This document shows positions 52,571-64,000 of a stretch of DNA of 64,000 nucleotides, in pieces. Each line of letters begins with the position of its first letter. Position 1 is the first letter of the stretch. Source of the stretch: Trichodelitschia bisporula (lineage: Eukaryota); the NCBI GenBank assembly GCA_010356995.1, contig ML996689.1, forward strand, positions 886,691-950,690. The letters are read 5' to 3'. The translations under genes and the position numbers were made by a program. The notes beneath the pieces were generated by a model. The model did no database searches. It saw only the letters and a list, made by a program, of their open reading frames with translations, and was not told where the DNA came from.

Positions 52571-54971
52571 ATGGCGCCCCACTCGTTCACCGCGCTCCTG
52601 GCCCTCGCCGCCCTCGGGCGCACAATGGAATCGCAATACACATTCCACGCCCTCGCCTCTGACGCCCTCGACCTCTCCGCCGGCCCCGACAGCTCCTTCC
52701 TAGGAAACTTCACCTCCTCGCGCCTTCCCTTCGCCGCTCCTCCCTCCGCCCGCATCCCAACAAGCAACCACGCCCTCCTCGCCACCATAACCCTCGCCAA
52801 CACCACCTGGAAAATCACCGAAGATCTCGCCACCCTCAACGGCGCGCTCGTCTTCACCTCCCCCAGCGGCACGCAGCGCATCTTCCGCAAAACAGCCGAG
52901 GTCTTTGCGCCGGGCGCCGAGGCCTCGTATCCGCGGTATGCGGGCGTGCCGATTCGCGATGTCGGGATGGCGCTGAATGATGTGTTGGCGGATAAGTTGC
53001 TGACGGGCGGGGAGCCGAGTGAGGCTCAAGTAAGGGCGACGATTCCGCCGTTGACGAGGGGGCCGGCGTGGACGGGGTTTGTGGGGAATGTGCAGGCGAA
53101 TGATGTCATGGCTATTTTTCCGATGGGGAATACGAGGGCGTGGCAAGTTGTTCATATGGCGCCGGAGGTGGCGCGCTATGCGCGGGCTAGGAGTGAGGGG
53201 TTTGTGGGCGGGTGGATGCCGGCTGTGCGGAAGGTGTTTGCCGTGCGGGAGGGGAGCTGGTGGGAGGTGGTTGGGTTTGGGGATGTGGATGCTCCCGACC
53301 CGTTTGTGATCCAAACGTGGCATCGGAGTATGTTGGTTGAGAATGGGAAGGTGGTTAAGGTGGTGTATGGGCATTCGTATCCCGATTTTGCGGGCGTGCA
53401 GAAGGGGCCGCCGCCGGAGAAATTCTACGAGGCTCTGCTGAGGTTTGGCGAGTACTGGGAGGGGCATTTGAAGGATGTTGCCCCTCTTACGCTGCCGGAT
53501 CAGAGCTGGGTTGATATGACGAAGTTTGCGTTTGCGAAGGAGCTTATGACGCGACCTGGGGGGGTGTATCCTAAGTATGGCGCATTCGATCGCGACTATG
53601 CTGGGTCGGAGTACGATGGGTTTCAGGTGCGTATCCCGCAGTGATACTCGTAGAGGGCCACGGCTGACGACGCAGGACATCTTCACCAGCAGTCTCTCGG
53701 CGAACCTCGAATGGGGCCGCTTCACCCACGCCGCCGCCGTGCTGGACAACTACTTTACGCTCTTCGTCTCGCCCGCCGGCGACATCAACATGCGCGGCCC
53801 CGAAGTCGGCCAGTTCGGCCTCACCCTTTCCCTCCTCGCCAAGTACGCCGCCTACACCAACGACATCGCGCTGCTCACAAAGCACAAGGCTAAGATCATT
53901 GCTACCGCCGCTGTCCTCACCCGCCTGCACGACGAAGCCCTTGCCCTCCCGAAGAGCAACCCCGGCTATGGGCTCATTCATGGGTGGAGCGAGAGCGATG
54001 CTGCGCTCAAGGCAAACCCGGCGACGTGGTGGAAGCCGTACTTCGCGAACAGCGCTTTTGCGGCGCGCGGATTCCGCGACCTCGCACGGGTCCCGCTCTT
54101 CGCCGCGCAAGCGGCAGACTGGAAGCAACGCGCAGATACGCTCGTCGCCCGCACAGTCGAGGCCATGAACGCTTCCGTCCTACGCAACAAAGGCACTCTC
54201 CCCTACATCCCCCCGCTCCCCGGCGTAGCGAACACCTTCCGCGAAGCCATGGCCAAAGGCGACAGCGAGCAAGCCTGGCCCCACCGGCTCTACGCCGAGC
54301 TCGTGCACGCCAACGTCCTGCCGCGCGAACTCCAAGGCCAGGTCATAAACGTGATGCGCGCGTATGGTGCAACCAGCATGGGCGTCGTCGCCAACGTCGG
54401 CGCGCCAAGTGGGCAGACGCGGGACATTCTCGGGTTCATTAGCTACGGGTATGCGCTCGCACTGCTGTTCCTGGATCGCGGGGATGAGTACGTGCTGTTC
54501 TTGTACAGCCATCGGTATCATGTACACTCCCGGGGCGCGTGGAATGCGGCGGAGGTGAGCGGGACGGCGGGGGGCGCGAGCACGTTTTGCAACCCTGCGC
54601 AACTGACTATTCCCAAGCTGGTAAGGTGGGCGCTGGTGCTGGAGGATCAGGATGAGGAGAGGGTATACCTTGGGCGGGGGGTGCCGAGGGCATGGTTGGC
54701 GACGGGGAAGGAGGTTGGGATTAGGGGGGCGCCGACGAGGTGGGGGCGGGTGGATTATACGATGAAGATGGTGCCTGGGAAGGAGGTTACGGCGAGGGCG
54801 AAGTTTGAGGGCAGAGTGCCGGCGGAGGTGGAGTTTAAGCTCAGGCTGCCGAAGGGGGTGAAGATTGGGGGTGTGTTGGTTAATGGGCGGGATGTTCCCG
54901 TGAAGAATGAGGCAGTTGTGGTGAAGACGGAGGGTGCGAGGGAGTTTTTTGTTCAGGTGCGGATTAGTTGA
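52571..54971 (+). CDS. Secreted protein, putative (alpha/alpha)6 six-hairpin glycosidase-like; exons 52571-53626, 53676-54971
   Basis: Signal-peptide-like N-terminus. Intron 53627-53675 gives YDGFQ|DIFT. The C-terminal LGRGVPRAW...APTRWGRV...LRLP tail is typical of six-hairpin glycosidases. The gene is solid but the function is inferred. Confidence 0.75.
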
Positions 54972-55511
54972 TCCTATCTGATGTAAACCCGTGAGGTTTG
55001 GCGAGGCTGAAACTGTTGATTTGCATCTCCACAGTAACTGATGGGAGCAACGGCTCATTACGTGTGTCAAGGCACCTGTAAAACTGACGGTTGAAGTAAA
55101 AGACGAAGAGGAAGAGAGGAAGAGACTCGATATTTAATCACACGATGCCAAGTATCCCTCCTTTGCTCCTTCCTTCTATCATGCGCTCATTACATCATGT
55201 TCTTTAGTATGCTCCTTCCATGTCTACATGAGTAACGAGGTCATCACGGTGACAGCACGGCATCATCACAACCAGTTCATTTCAGTCAGGAATAGAAACC
55301 TAGGGGTATCAACGCCGCGAAGCCCACAGCCGAACACCAATCTCATCAAGCAATACACCCGAGAAATGCTCATGCGACCTTCTCAACCGTGACGCCAACC
55401 ACCAGTCAGTTCCCATACTCAGAATACGATCTGCAGAAATATCTACCACCTGGCTGTTCTAAATCCCTTCCGAAGGTCCAATGCAGTGCCGCAGCCCATG
55501 CAAGCCTACAG

Positions 55512-58196
55512 CTACGCAAGCTCATCCTCCTCATCGGTCTCGTTCCCCTGCGAAACGAACCACGACAGAGTGCGACGCTTTTCCGGACGCGGCAGCCCCA
55601 GGGAGAGTTCGTCGTCACTGTCCTCCACAGCGGGCCGCTTGTTGGTATTCGGAATACTGATCTCTTTGAGCGGCTTCTTGCGGGGCTTCGGAGCAAGCTC
55701 ATCGGAGTCGGAGTCGTCAGTAGCCGGACTGAGCGTCCTGAGCGGCTGCTTGCCACGCGCAACCTTAGAGACTTTGGGAGCTTTCACCTGCGGCACCTTG
55801 CCCTGTGAGATGTTCTCATCGGCCTCAACATCGTCATCGGTGCTCGTGGGCTCGTCATCGGTGCCACTGTGCTCGTCGGTCTTTGCAGCGGACTCCAGAT
55901 CATCACCCGTCTCCCAGCCCTCACTCGTCATCTCCGAGTCCTCATCCAACTTCTCGTCTTCATTCGCCTCCTCTTCCTCTTCCTCATCCTCTACAGCCTT
56001 GGCATTGCTCTTGTAGTATTTATCCTGCCACGGCTCCGGCGCAGGTCCCCCGAAAAAGATGCCTTTCTTAGACCCCCTCACCACCGGCGTCGGCTCCAAC
56101 GGATCCCGTTCGCCATCGTCTTGATCGACAAAATCCATGAACTGCTGCGGGGCCCAGCGTATTTTGCGGGCGAACCCCGTCCAGATGAGCGGCTTATCTG
56201 CTTGGCAGGTGAACAAGCTCTTGAGAATGTGGTGCCCGGCCATAGGCGTCGAGGAGACCCATTCACAAATCCCTTCGTCCCACCGGAAGCCTTGCACCCT
56301 CTGCGGATTTTTCTTGGGCCGGACGGGGATGCGCAGCGGGTGGGTTGCGAAGTATTTGCGCTCTTCGCGGGAGAGTGATTCCCCAATGGTGGTGACCCAG
56401 TCGGACCATTCCAGTGAGCCGGGACCGGGGTACATGAGCGCCGTAGCCATCCCAACACGGCGCAGGAAGAATTTGGTCGACGGAAGGAGAGCGAGGCCAG
56501 GGACCGACGGCTTCATCAACTTCGTGATGATGTGGAAGCGCAATATGAGTGGAAACGTCATTTCTCCAATGGCGCGCGGCTGAAAGGCGCTGGTGAGCCT
56601 GTAAACTGCACCCGCAACGGATATGACGAAGTCGGGCAGCATGTCCAGGATCCCGTCATCGAAATTGTCCTGAAGGAAGCCAACCAGGTCGTTCAAGCTC
56701 ACACAGGCGGGGCCCTCTGCAATGAAGTGACCGGTTATTTGCGTCAGGATGGTCGCTGCAACGACGTACGATGCCCGTCGCGCCTTGTGTCCGGTGCGGC
56801 CACCTGCGCCCTTGCCGTACCCCGCAACCATCTCCACCGCTAGGTTGTTCAAGATGCGGACGATCCCATCTGTCTTCGATCTGTATTGAACGCAGACCAT
56901 GGGCGCAATACCGAAGGCGGCTAGGATGGTGGTGAGACTGTAGATCGTGGTCGTGAGCCTATCCTCGAGGATCTCCTTCGATGCGTTAGGGCCTTTGCCG
57001 ACCCATTCGGCCTCCCAAGTCTTCAACGCATCTTTGCTAGCTTGTCGGACACCAGTTGCGAGCTCCATCGCCACGCTTAAGAAGTCAGCGGCCACGTCCG
57101 CAGCCGCCCAACACTCGACGAAGACGCAGAAGAGAGCCTGCCAAACGGGCAGCATGCCCGTGAGAGTGGTCCACTCGACGGGAAAGCCCATCTCGAGCAA
57201 GTTCTTCGTGAGCTTGAATTGCAGGCGTCGCTTGGCGATGAGTGAGGTCTCGGGTGTAACAGCGGCAAAGACCGAGGTCGCGAAACACTCAAGCTTCTGA
57301 CAGCAACCGGACTCCGCTTCCAAGCGCGCAATAACGTGCTGGTGAACGTCAACGTAGAGGAGTTCCTCTGCCTCGTTGGAGTCCAGCGGCACGCACTTCA
57401 GGTTGAGAAGTGGGAAGATGACCGAAGGTCTTATCAGCCCTTCGGACATCGCCCTCTTGATGAGATGGATGGCATGCGCGCGCACCGTCTGAGGGAGCAC
57501 ATCCTTCGTGTCAGGGAACTGAAACTCCTCGTAGACGCGCGTGATGACGTCGTCGCGCTCGTCCGTCGGCAAGTCAGAGCACTGGTCCAGTTCCCAAGAA
57601 ATGGCCGCCGGAATCGCACGCGCGCACATCACCTTCAGCGAGCTGACCATAGAGACGCCAGCTGGCTTCAGCTCGTTCGAGTCTGGGGCGGTCGACGGCG
57701 CGAGAGTCGAATCCGAAGCGGTCGCCCATAAAACTTCCACGAACGCCGCTATCAGACCCCCCTGGAGATCGTTCGTGTCGAGATTTGAAGGGCGCCGGCT
57801 TATGCGAATTGGGGGAGGAGGCTTCATCACATCCGAAGGATCAGGCGCCGCGGAGGTCCGGTTGATATAAGGAGATGGAATGGACAACTGGCCCGCATCC
57901 GTCTCCGCGGCCGGCTGAGTCGATGCCGCTGCACCCACAGGATTCGGAGGAGCAGCAGCAGAGTACAGGCGCACTTTTCGGGCGGGCTTAACCCAGTCCG
58001 GAGAACCCGCGCTACCTTGGAAGTGCGCTGGCGGTTTAGCTTCGGGAGCTTTCACCGACTGTGGGTTTGCTGCCTTCGCAGCCGGCTTGGATGGTGCTTT
58101 CAACCGCCTCAGCGCCTCGATCTTGACGGTCATTGGGCGCATGAGGCGGTTGGCGCGCTTGACATCCCAAGCGGGACGCTTCCCATCGCGAGCCAT
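55512..58196 (-). CDS. Large hypothetical protein (894 aa) with an acidic C-terminus
   Basis: Long single ORF with N-terminal W..KRANRLMRP and FRWDEGICEWVSSTP motifs resembling a conserved fungal protein of unknown function. Confidence 0.8.
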   Translation of the reverse strand: MARDGKRPAWDVKRANRLMRPMTVKIEALRRLKAPSKPAAKAANPQSVKAPEAKPPAHFQGSAGSPDWVKPARKVRLYSAAAPPNPVGAAASTQPAAETDAGQLSIPSPYINRTSAAPDPSDVMKPPPPIRISRRPSNLDTNDLQGGLIAAFVEVLWATASDSTLAPSTAPDSNELKPAGVSMVSSLKVMCARAIPAAISWELDQCSDLPTDERDDVITRVYEEFQFPDTKDVLPQTVRAHAIHLIKRAMSEGLIRPSVIFPLLNLKCVPLDSNEAEELLYVDVHQHVIARLEAESGCCQKLECFATSVFAAVTPETSLIAKRRLQFKLTKNLLEMGFPVEWTTLTGMLPVWQALFCVFVECWAAADVAADFLSVAMELATGVRQASKDALKTWEAEWVGKGPNASKEILEDRLTTTIYSLTTILAAFGIAPMVCVQYRSKTDGIVRILNNLAVEMVAGYGKGAGGRTGHKARRASYVVAATILTQITGHFIAEGPACVSLNDLVGFLQDNFDDGILDMLPDFVISVAGAVYRLTSAFQPRAIGEMTFPLILRFHIITKLMKPSVPGLALLPSTKFFLRRVGMATALMYPGPGSLEWSDWVTTIGESLSREERKYFATHPLRIPVRPKKNPQRVQGFRWDEGICEWVSSTPMAGHHILKSLFTCQADKPLIWTGFARKIRWAPQQFMDFVDQDDGERDPLEPTPVVRGSKKGIFFGGPAPEPWQDKYYKSNAKAVEDEEEEEEANEDEKLDEDSEMTSEGWETGDDLESAAKTDEHSGTDDEPTSTDDDVEADENISQGKVPQVKAPKVSKVARGKQPLRTLSPATDDSDSDELAPKPRKKPLKEISIPNTNKRPAVEDSDDELSLGLPRPEKRRTLSWFVSQGNETDEEDELA

Positions 58197-60483
58197 GGCC
58201 TTGTACCGCTATGGAGAGTCAGTTTGATTATTTTGTATCTGGTGGTTGAATGATGACCGTAATAGATGCGCGCCCGTAGCAATCGGAAGAGATGGCGCAC
58301 GGCGCCTTCGTATGTGAAGGGGCCAAACTGAGTGATAAGAAGCAATGTTTTGGTGTGAAAATAGAGTGTGCATTTGGCACTACGAAGAGATATGTTCGGC
58401 TAAACGGCCGTTTATATTTTGCTCACAGCTTCGATCTCCCGGTAATTCCGATACATAGCGCAGCAAAACTCCAGGCTCCTGGGGTCCAATTGTAAAATGT
58501 TTCACCAATCTAAAAGATGGAGAGTGATGGCGGATGGTGTTGCTAAGGTGTATGTAGAGGTTGCTTTCGTTGACGCTCAAACAAACATCGCGACCCCGAG
58601 GTGCACAGGCCTTTCACTAGTGCACAGACCATCAACAACAACGATGGTTGGTGGCCAATAAGCGGCCGTCGTGCCGCGGACGGTAGGGCACAGGCCTTGT
58701 AAGCGCCAAGGATCGTTTATAAGGCTGAATCTCAGCAGAAAATCCTTGGCGGCGGAGCCCGGGGTTGGGCTCGGAGCTCAGCCTATGAGTTCAATTGAAG
58801 GGGAGCTTGTTTGTGTGTAGGACGGAAAACTGTATAGGTGTGGGTTGGTAGAGGATAGGTAGAGGAAGTGAGGCAGTAAGGGCGTGAGCCATACTGAGCA
58901 GCCTCACTGGGCCGTGATTAACCTTGTACAAAATAGATGCTGCCTGTCTCGCCGACGACCAAGTCGTGTGACAATGTATATTGTATACGGTTCCATGTCT
59001 TCTAGACATGCGGAGCCATATACTGATTTTGCTGTTGAGGAGCAGGCTAGCCGCGAATCGAAGCTCCTTTCACACTGTCGCCATCTGGCTGATATATACT
59101 ATCGCTCCGAAGACTGTCATGGCCTGGAAATATAACTTCAATTCTGCGTCCGATACGAGTCCAAGTGCTTCATGTGCCGTATTGGCCGGCGCGGGTAGGA
59201 CCAATCGATCGTCGATATCTTAACAGTATCGTCATACGACGCTATCGCGACCCGTCCCGCACCGTTAAAAGGCGCATGGCTGACACGCGCAAGGGAAGCG
59301 AAGGACTCGAGTCTAACACCGGGCCGACGGGTACAGGTTCGTTGATGTCAGCGCTCTACCCGGCGGTAGTGCGGCGCTCGATGGGCATCATTGTCTCCCG
59401 TTCAACACGAACATCTTGAGGCCCGAAAGTAAAAATGAGACGATGGCTCTTGAGATTTCCCGAGTTGGATGTCAAGTTGCTTTTGTTTCGGAGCAACGAG
59501 CTGGTTTTGGCTTGCCAATCCGGAATGCTGGCGTTTATCCCACACAGCGCGTCGCTGTATTTCGAACCTCCCGGTTGCCACGATGCTTATTGGCAAGGGG
59601 AGAGGGAATTTCGACGAATGACCGATAGTTTAGGAGGCAACAAGGACAGTTGAACAGATAGAAAGACTGTGAAAAAGGCAAATATATCGAGTACTACTTG
59701 AAAGCATCATTATCATGGTGATTGACGGGCTCTTGGGGAAACATACTTGAGGAGACCTTACATAGAGTGCAGTAAAAGTGTGAAAATCGCAGCGACCGCA
59801 TACTGCTGACAGCAAATTATATGGGAGATGATTTGGGGAGTATCGGCCATGACTAGTGGGAGCAGCGTGGTCGTCATGTAGTAGTATCGACGACCGGGAA
59901 TCGACTCGGTGATGTCCATGGGATTGCCGACGTCTTCAGCCATTAGGTCATCGACGTCTTTGGCCTCTTTGATAGAGCCCGCGGCAGAGGAGAGCCACCC
60001 GAAGCGGTGTATACTGGGTTATGGAAAAATGAACTTTGAGGTTTGAGGTTTGTTGGTGACGGAGAGTCAAGAGGGAGAAGATATGGTATGCATCAGCGAG
60101 AAAGAAGTGGAGTTAGGTGAGCACTTGAGCGAGGAGGAAAATTGAGGGAGACAAGAAAGTGAAGTGAGTATCCTCAACGTGCGACTCGGCCTGCTTTAGC
60201 GTTTGGCTCGGGCGGCCTCGTTCGTCTCGGTAACCAGAGACTCGGCTTAGTCGTTCATCCCGGACAGTGTGCATTGCTTGACGTGTGATGCCAGTCCGTT
60301 AGCTGTTCATATTCGTCGGAGCATTCCTGTACATGAGTGCGCATGGAGGCGGCGTTTGAAGAACACATCTCGAGAAGTTTTCAAGAAAGGGCCCATTACC
60401 ACCATCCACCTGAGACATACAATGGAAGGGAAAAGGGTCTACAAGTGAGCGCTATAAGTACATCAGAGGAGGAAAGCCTACCC

Positions 60484-62368
60484 TCAATCCCCATCCTCAT
60501 CTTCCTTCTTCCCCGGCATCACCGCAAACGTGATATCCTTCTCCACATTCCCCCTTGCATTGACCGTCGTGACCTTGTACTGTCCCCCATTCCACAAATC
60601 CTTGATCGTCAACTCTCTCGTTCTCCCCAAGCTCTCAATAGCCGAAATGCGATCAAGGGTCGCTTCCAAGTGTTCATTGAATCCTTCAGCGTCACACACC
60701 TCGCGGAACGCATTCTGCATCGGCACCGAGTCCGCCCGCACCATGCCGTCCGAGTCAATGGTGAACAGGTTGTCGTGATCGTAGCTTTGAATAAAATCTG
60801 CGCGGGTCATAATCTGCCGCGCTTCGTGTAGCGGAACCGAGGGCAGGATGTGCCCCTTCTCCGGATCGTACACCGCACCCATCTTGCGCTCCTGGTCCAC
60901 CAGCGCTTTGGCTAGCACCATGGCAGCCGAGGCGTACTTTTGCTGATCCATAACGTCGTCATCCATTTCCTCGCCGAGGATCCAGCACTGCTGATGTCAG
61001 ATATCTCAGTTAAGAGCGACACATGGTACCCACTTTGTTCAGCAACCATGTCTTCTCCGTCTTGCAGATATGCTCACAGACCTCAAGCATATCATGCGCA
61101 CGTGCCACACGGCTCAAGAACGTCAACCGCCCACCCACCCTATCATACACCTTCTCCAGGATGTCCATCGACGGCTCCTCGCGATGGTACCTTTTGCGAT
61201 ACTCTTTCAGCGCGCGGAGCGCTGCCGACTTTGACAGATCGCGGACAGGATGTACGCGCAGTCGGGTCGCATAGTTCTTCAGCCGCTCGTACACCCAGTA
61301 GTCGTCGCTATTGAGCACGACGGTACAAAGATTGCTAGCGGCCCACGCTTCGGCGCGCTGCTGAATCAACTCGAGCAGGTCGCGGCCGTCCTCGTCATCG
61401 CGCAGGAAGTGCACACTGTTGATGATGAGGACAAGGGGACGCCCGACGCGCTTGCGGCGCTCGATAGCGACCTTATCGAGCTTGTTGAAGGCACGCTCAA
61501 TGTCTAGCAGGGCCGAGGCGTCGCGAGGCCCACGAATGGAAAATAGGCTGCCGATGTTATCTTCATGGAACTCGAAGTCGAGGGCTTTGCCGAGGCGTAG
61601 GCGAAAGATTTCTACGTCGGCGTGCGCTTCGAACATGGCGATTCCTTCACCGTCGATTTTGCTCATCGCGTCGATAATCATGGAGGACTTGCCTGTGCCC
61701 TTTTCGCCTATGAGTAGGTGGTACTGCCCTTTGTCGTGTCCGGCGATGATCCGGTCGATCTCGTCCTGCTCGGGCCGCATAACCCAGTGATGATGGCCTC
61801 CTGGGACCACGAGTCCATCGGGGAGGGCTTTGGTCGGGCCGGCGAGTACGAGGACGGGATCGCCCGGCTTGAAGGCGTTTTCCATTTTCTGGAGCACCAT
61901 ATGCTTGTAGTAGAGGGTGTAGCTGTAGCCGACCAGCCTAGGAACGTTAGGATCCCATACAAAGCTCAGTGCTACATTTGACCACGGCATGGGCAGAAAA
62001 GATACGAGCGTACGTTGCAGACAGGACATTTTGATATCGACCACGTGGCATGGCAATATGGCAAGGAGGAATGCATACCCGAGAATTGTTATCGACGCAA
62101 AAGTAGTGAGCGCACTCTCGGCCATCTTCCAACTCGTGCTCTTCCAGTCGAAATCATCAGCCTTCTTCTTCTCATGTGACGTCTCTCCATCAATCGGCAC
62201 TGCCTGCGAGCCGCTCTGCGGCCCTGGACTCGGGTCACCATTGATCCATCTCACACCGCCTGGCGAGACACGAGGGATGAAACGCGGAGGTGGGACAAAG
62301 AGTTGACTCCGAGCATGTCTCGTGCACCGCAGGCGTGGCAAGCCGACCACGCCACGTAGTCCTATCAT
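60484..62368 (-). CDS. Mitochondrial-type membrane-anchored P-loop (AAA-like) ATPase; exons 62368-62079, 61937-61034, 60987-60484
   Basis: Arg-rich presequence-like N-terminus, one TM segment, Walker A GEKGTGKS and VGGRL motif. Introns 61938-62078 and 60988-61033 are canonical. Confidence 0.88.
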
Positions 62369-64000
62369 GCCTGGAACCCGGGTCGGCCCAGCCTTGCAAG
62401 GCGATCTGCAGCGAGATTACGTCCGGGTTTGAGCTGGCAGATATTAGGGCCCGAGGCTGAGGCAGGAACCGGGACTCGACCGGCGACGTCCTGTGTCCAA
62501 GTGTGCTGTGTGCGATGATCGCCAAACCGGGCCGGCCCTTTCCGCGCTTTCCCACGGGAAACGGAAGCCAAATGGTTCCTGGAACAGAAGCGCGTCTAAA
62601 ATTGATTGGACAAACAGGGCCCGGGTGGAGAGTGGTATGGAAGCCAGCCTCCAAACAGTGGGATTTGAAAAAAAAACCGGGGAAGATGCAAGAGGTTACT
62701 TGGCCCCAAGCTGGCGAGATGTTCGCTGGCAAACACACAGAAGAAGCGGAGTGGGATTTTGGGGTTAGAACGAAAGGGAACAGCGCAGCGAGAAGAGGCA
62801 GAAAGGAGTGAGAAAGGAATCGGAGTTAAAGAAAAGGCCGAGTGGGGTATGAAGGAGTGTTGGCGCATACGAAGTTTGTTCAAATGAAGGCGAGGTTCGC
62901 TCCTTCAGCGCAGGAGTTAGTTACAACGCGACGACGTCGTTCGTGTCTTGGTGTTTTTCGAGCGTCGGCAGCAGGGGGGGGGGTGCGTCTCAAGCCCAAC
63001 GGCCATACAAAAATGTTGTAGCTGCCTTGTCAGCAAATATGCCTGAACGAACTGTTCATAACTTCTTTTTTGGGACGGCTTTAAACTTTGGACCAGCTTC
63101 AGCGAGTCTGCACCGCCTCACGCCTCGTGCGCCTCATGCGTCTCTCTCCGCCTCTCCACATCTCCCGCATCTTCCGCCTCTCCACGTCTCCCGCCTCTCC
63201 GTCTCAAGTCATTGACCGTTGGAACACGTAATCAATCCCGCTATGCCAATGCAGTTGGGCCTTGTCGCCTGAGGCTCCGGGTACTTGTAATTGTCTTGCT
63301 CGGGCCGACGGGGAAAGAGCGGACGGATGACGGGGAAGGGACTGGGGGACAAGGACAAAGTATGGAGAGGAGGAGCAGGGATGAAGGGACAGCGGAAGTA
63401 AGGTTGGCGGCGCCAGTAGTGCTGCTCCAAAGTGCCTCGCGCTTCGACCTTTTTTTTTTCTTTCTCGCCAACCGTGCTGCATTCTCCCCAAAGAGGTGCA
63501 GTTTTAACAGCGCATCAACCGCTCTATCTTGTACACTACGCACAATCTCACTTCTGATCATCATTCAATCTTCCTCTCCTTGACCTCCGAGCTTCGTCTT
63601 CTGTAATATTAAAAGCCTTTGAGCATTTGAGAATTGGCGCAATGTCTTCGGATTCTGGGAGTGATACCAGCTCCTCCGCTTCCTCTTGTGCGTTACCCCA
63701 CGAACCCCCACCAATTTTGATCTTTGCCTTGTGTGCAATGCTCAATATTCATTCTTTGGCCCTTCTCGCAAGCCAATGCAGCTTGGATCCAGCTGACGGA
63801 AGCGATAGCGTGCTCCGAATCGTCTTCGGGATCCCAGAACGGCGACGTCATCCAAAATGTCGAGATCGTTGAAACCATCGAGACCGGCGACAAGAATGCC
63901 GAGTCCACAGAGGCTGCGGAAAACGCAGAGGATGAGGAAGCCAACGCAATTGAGAGTACGTTCACACCCATGCCACCAACCGGTGGCAAACGGACGTAAA

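Noticed and set aside
58300..60300. Possible gene in the 2-kb gap
   Set aside because: Only short ORFs under 90 aa with no recognisable motif or splice model.
63200..64000. Acidic ORF fragments at the window end
   Set aside because: Strand and frame are ambiguous and the region may continue beyond the window, so it cannot be called.

Overview
Eukaryotic DNA from a filamentous ascomycete. The intron signals (GT...CTRAC...YAG), the Zn2Cys6 factor, TeaR, Pal1 and TEF1 all point to Pezizomycotina; the class cannot be fixed without a search. There are no bacterial operons, CRISPR arrays, rRNA genes or recognisable intact transposons. I can support about 15 protein genes, most of them spliced: a DUF2985-like membrane protein, a Zn2Cys6 transcription factor, a membrane protein, an NGT-repeat orphan, an ALKBH6-like dioxygenase, a Dal5-type MFS permease, Pal1, MED31/SOH1, a ferric reductase, a URH1-like nucleoside hydrolase, TeaR, TEF1, a secreted His-motif protein, a secreted glycosidase-like protein, a large hypothetical protein and a mitochondrial AAA-type ATPase. 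There are also two intron-containing tRNAs (Glu-CTC, Val-AAC). Two stretches (about 14-17 kb and 27-37 kb) look like decaying, locally duplicated orphan genes. The most interesting observations are: a secreted protein with copper-monooxygenase-like HH/HxH/M ligands beside a tRNA and a bacterial-looking glycosidase; 8-nt and 6-nt microexons inside conserved hydrolase motifs; and a C-rich to G-rich strand-skew sawtooth that resets at introns. All family assignments come from recalled motifs, not database searches. No clearly new biological system can be proven from the sequence alone.
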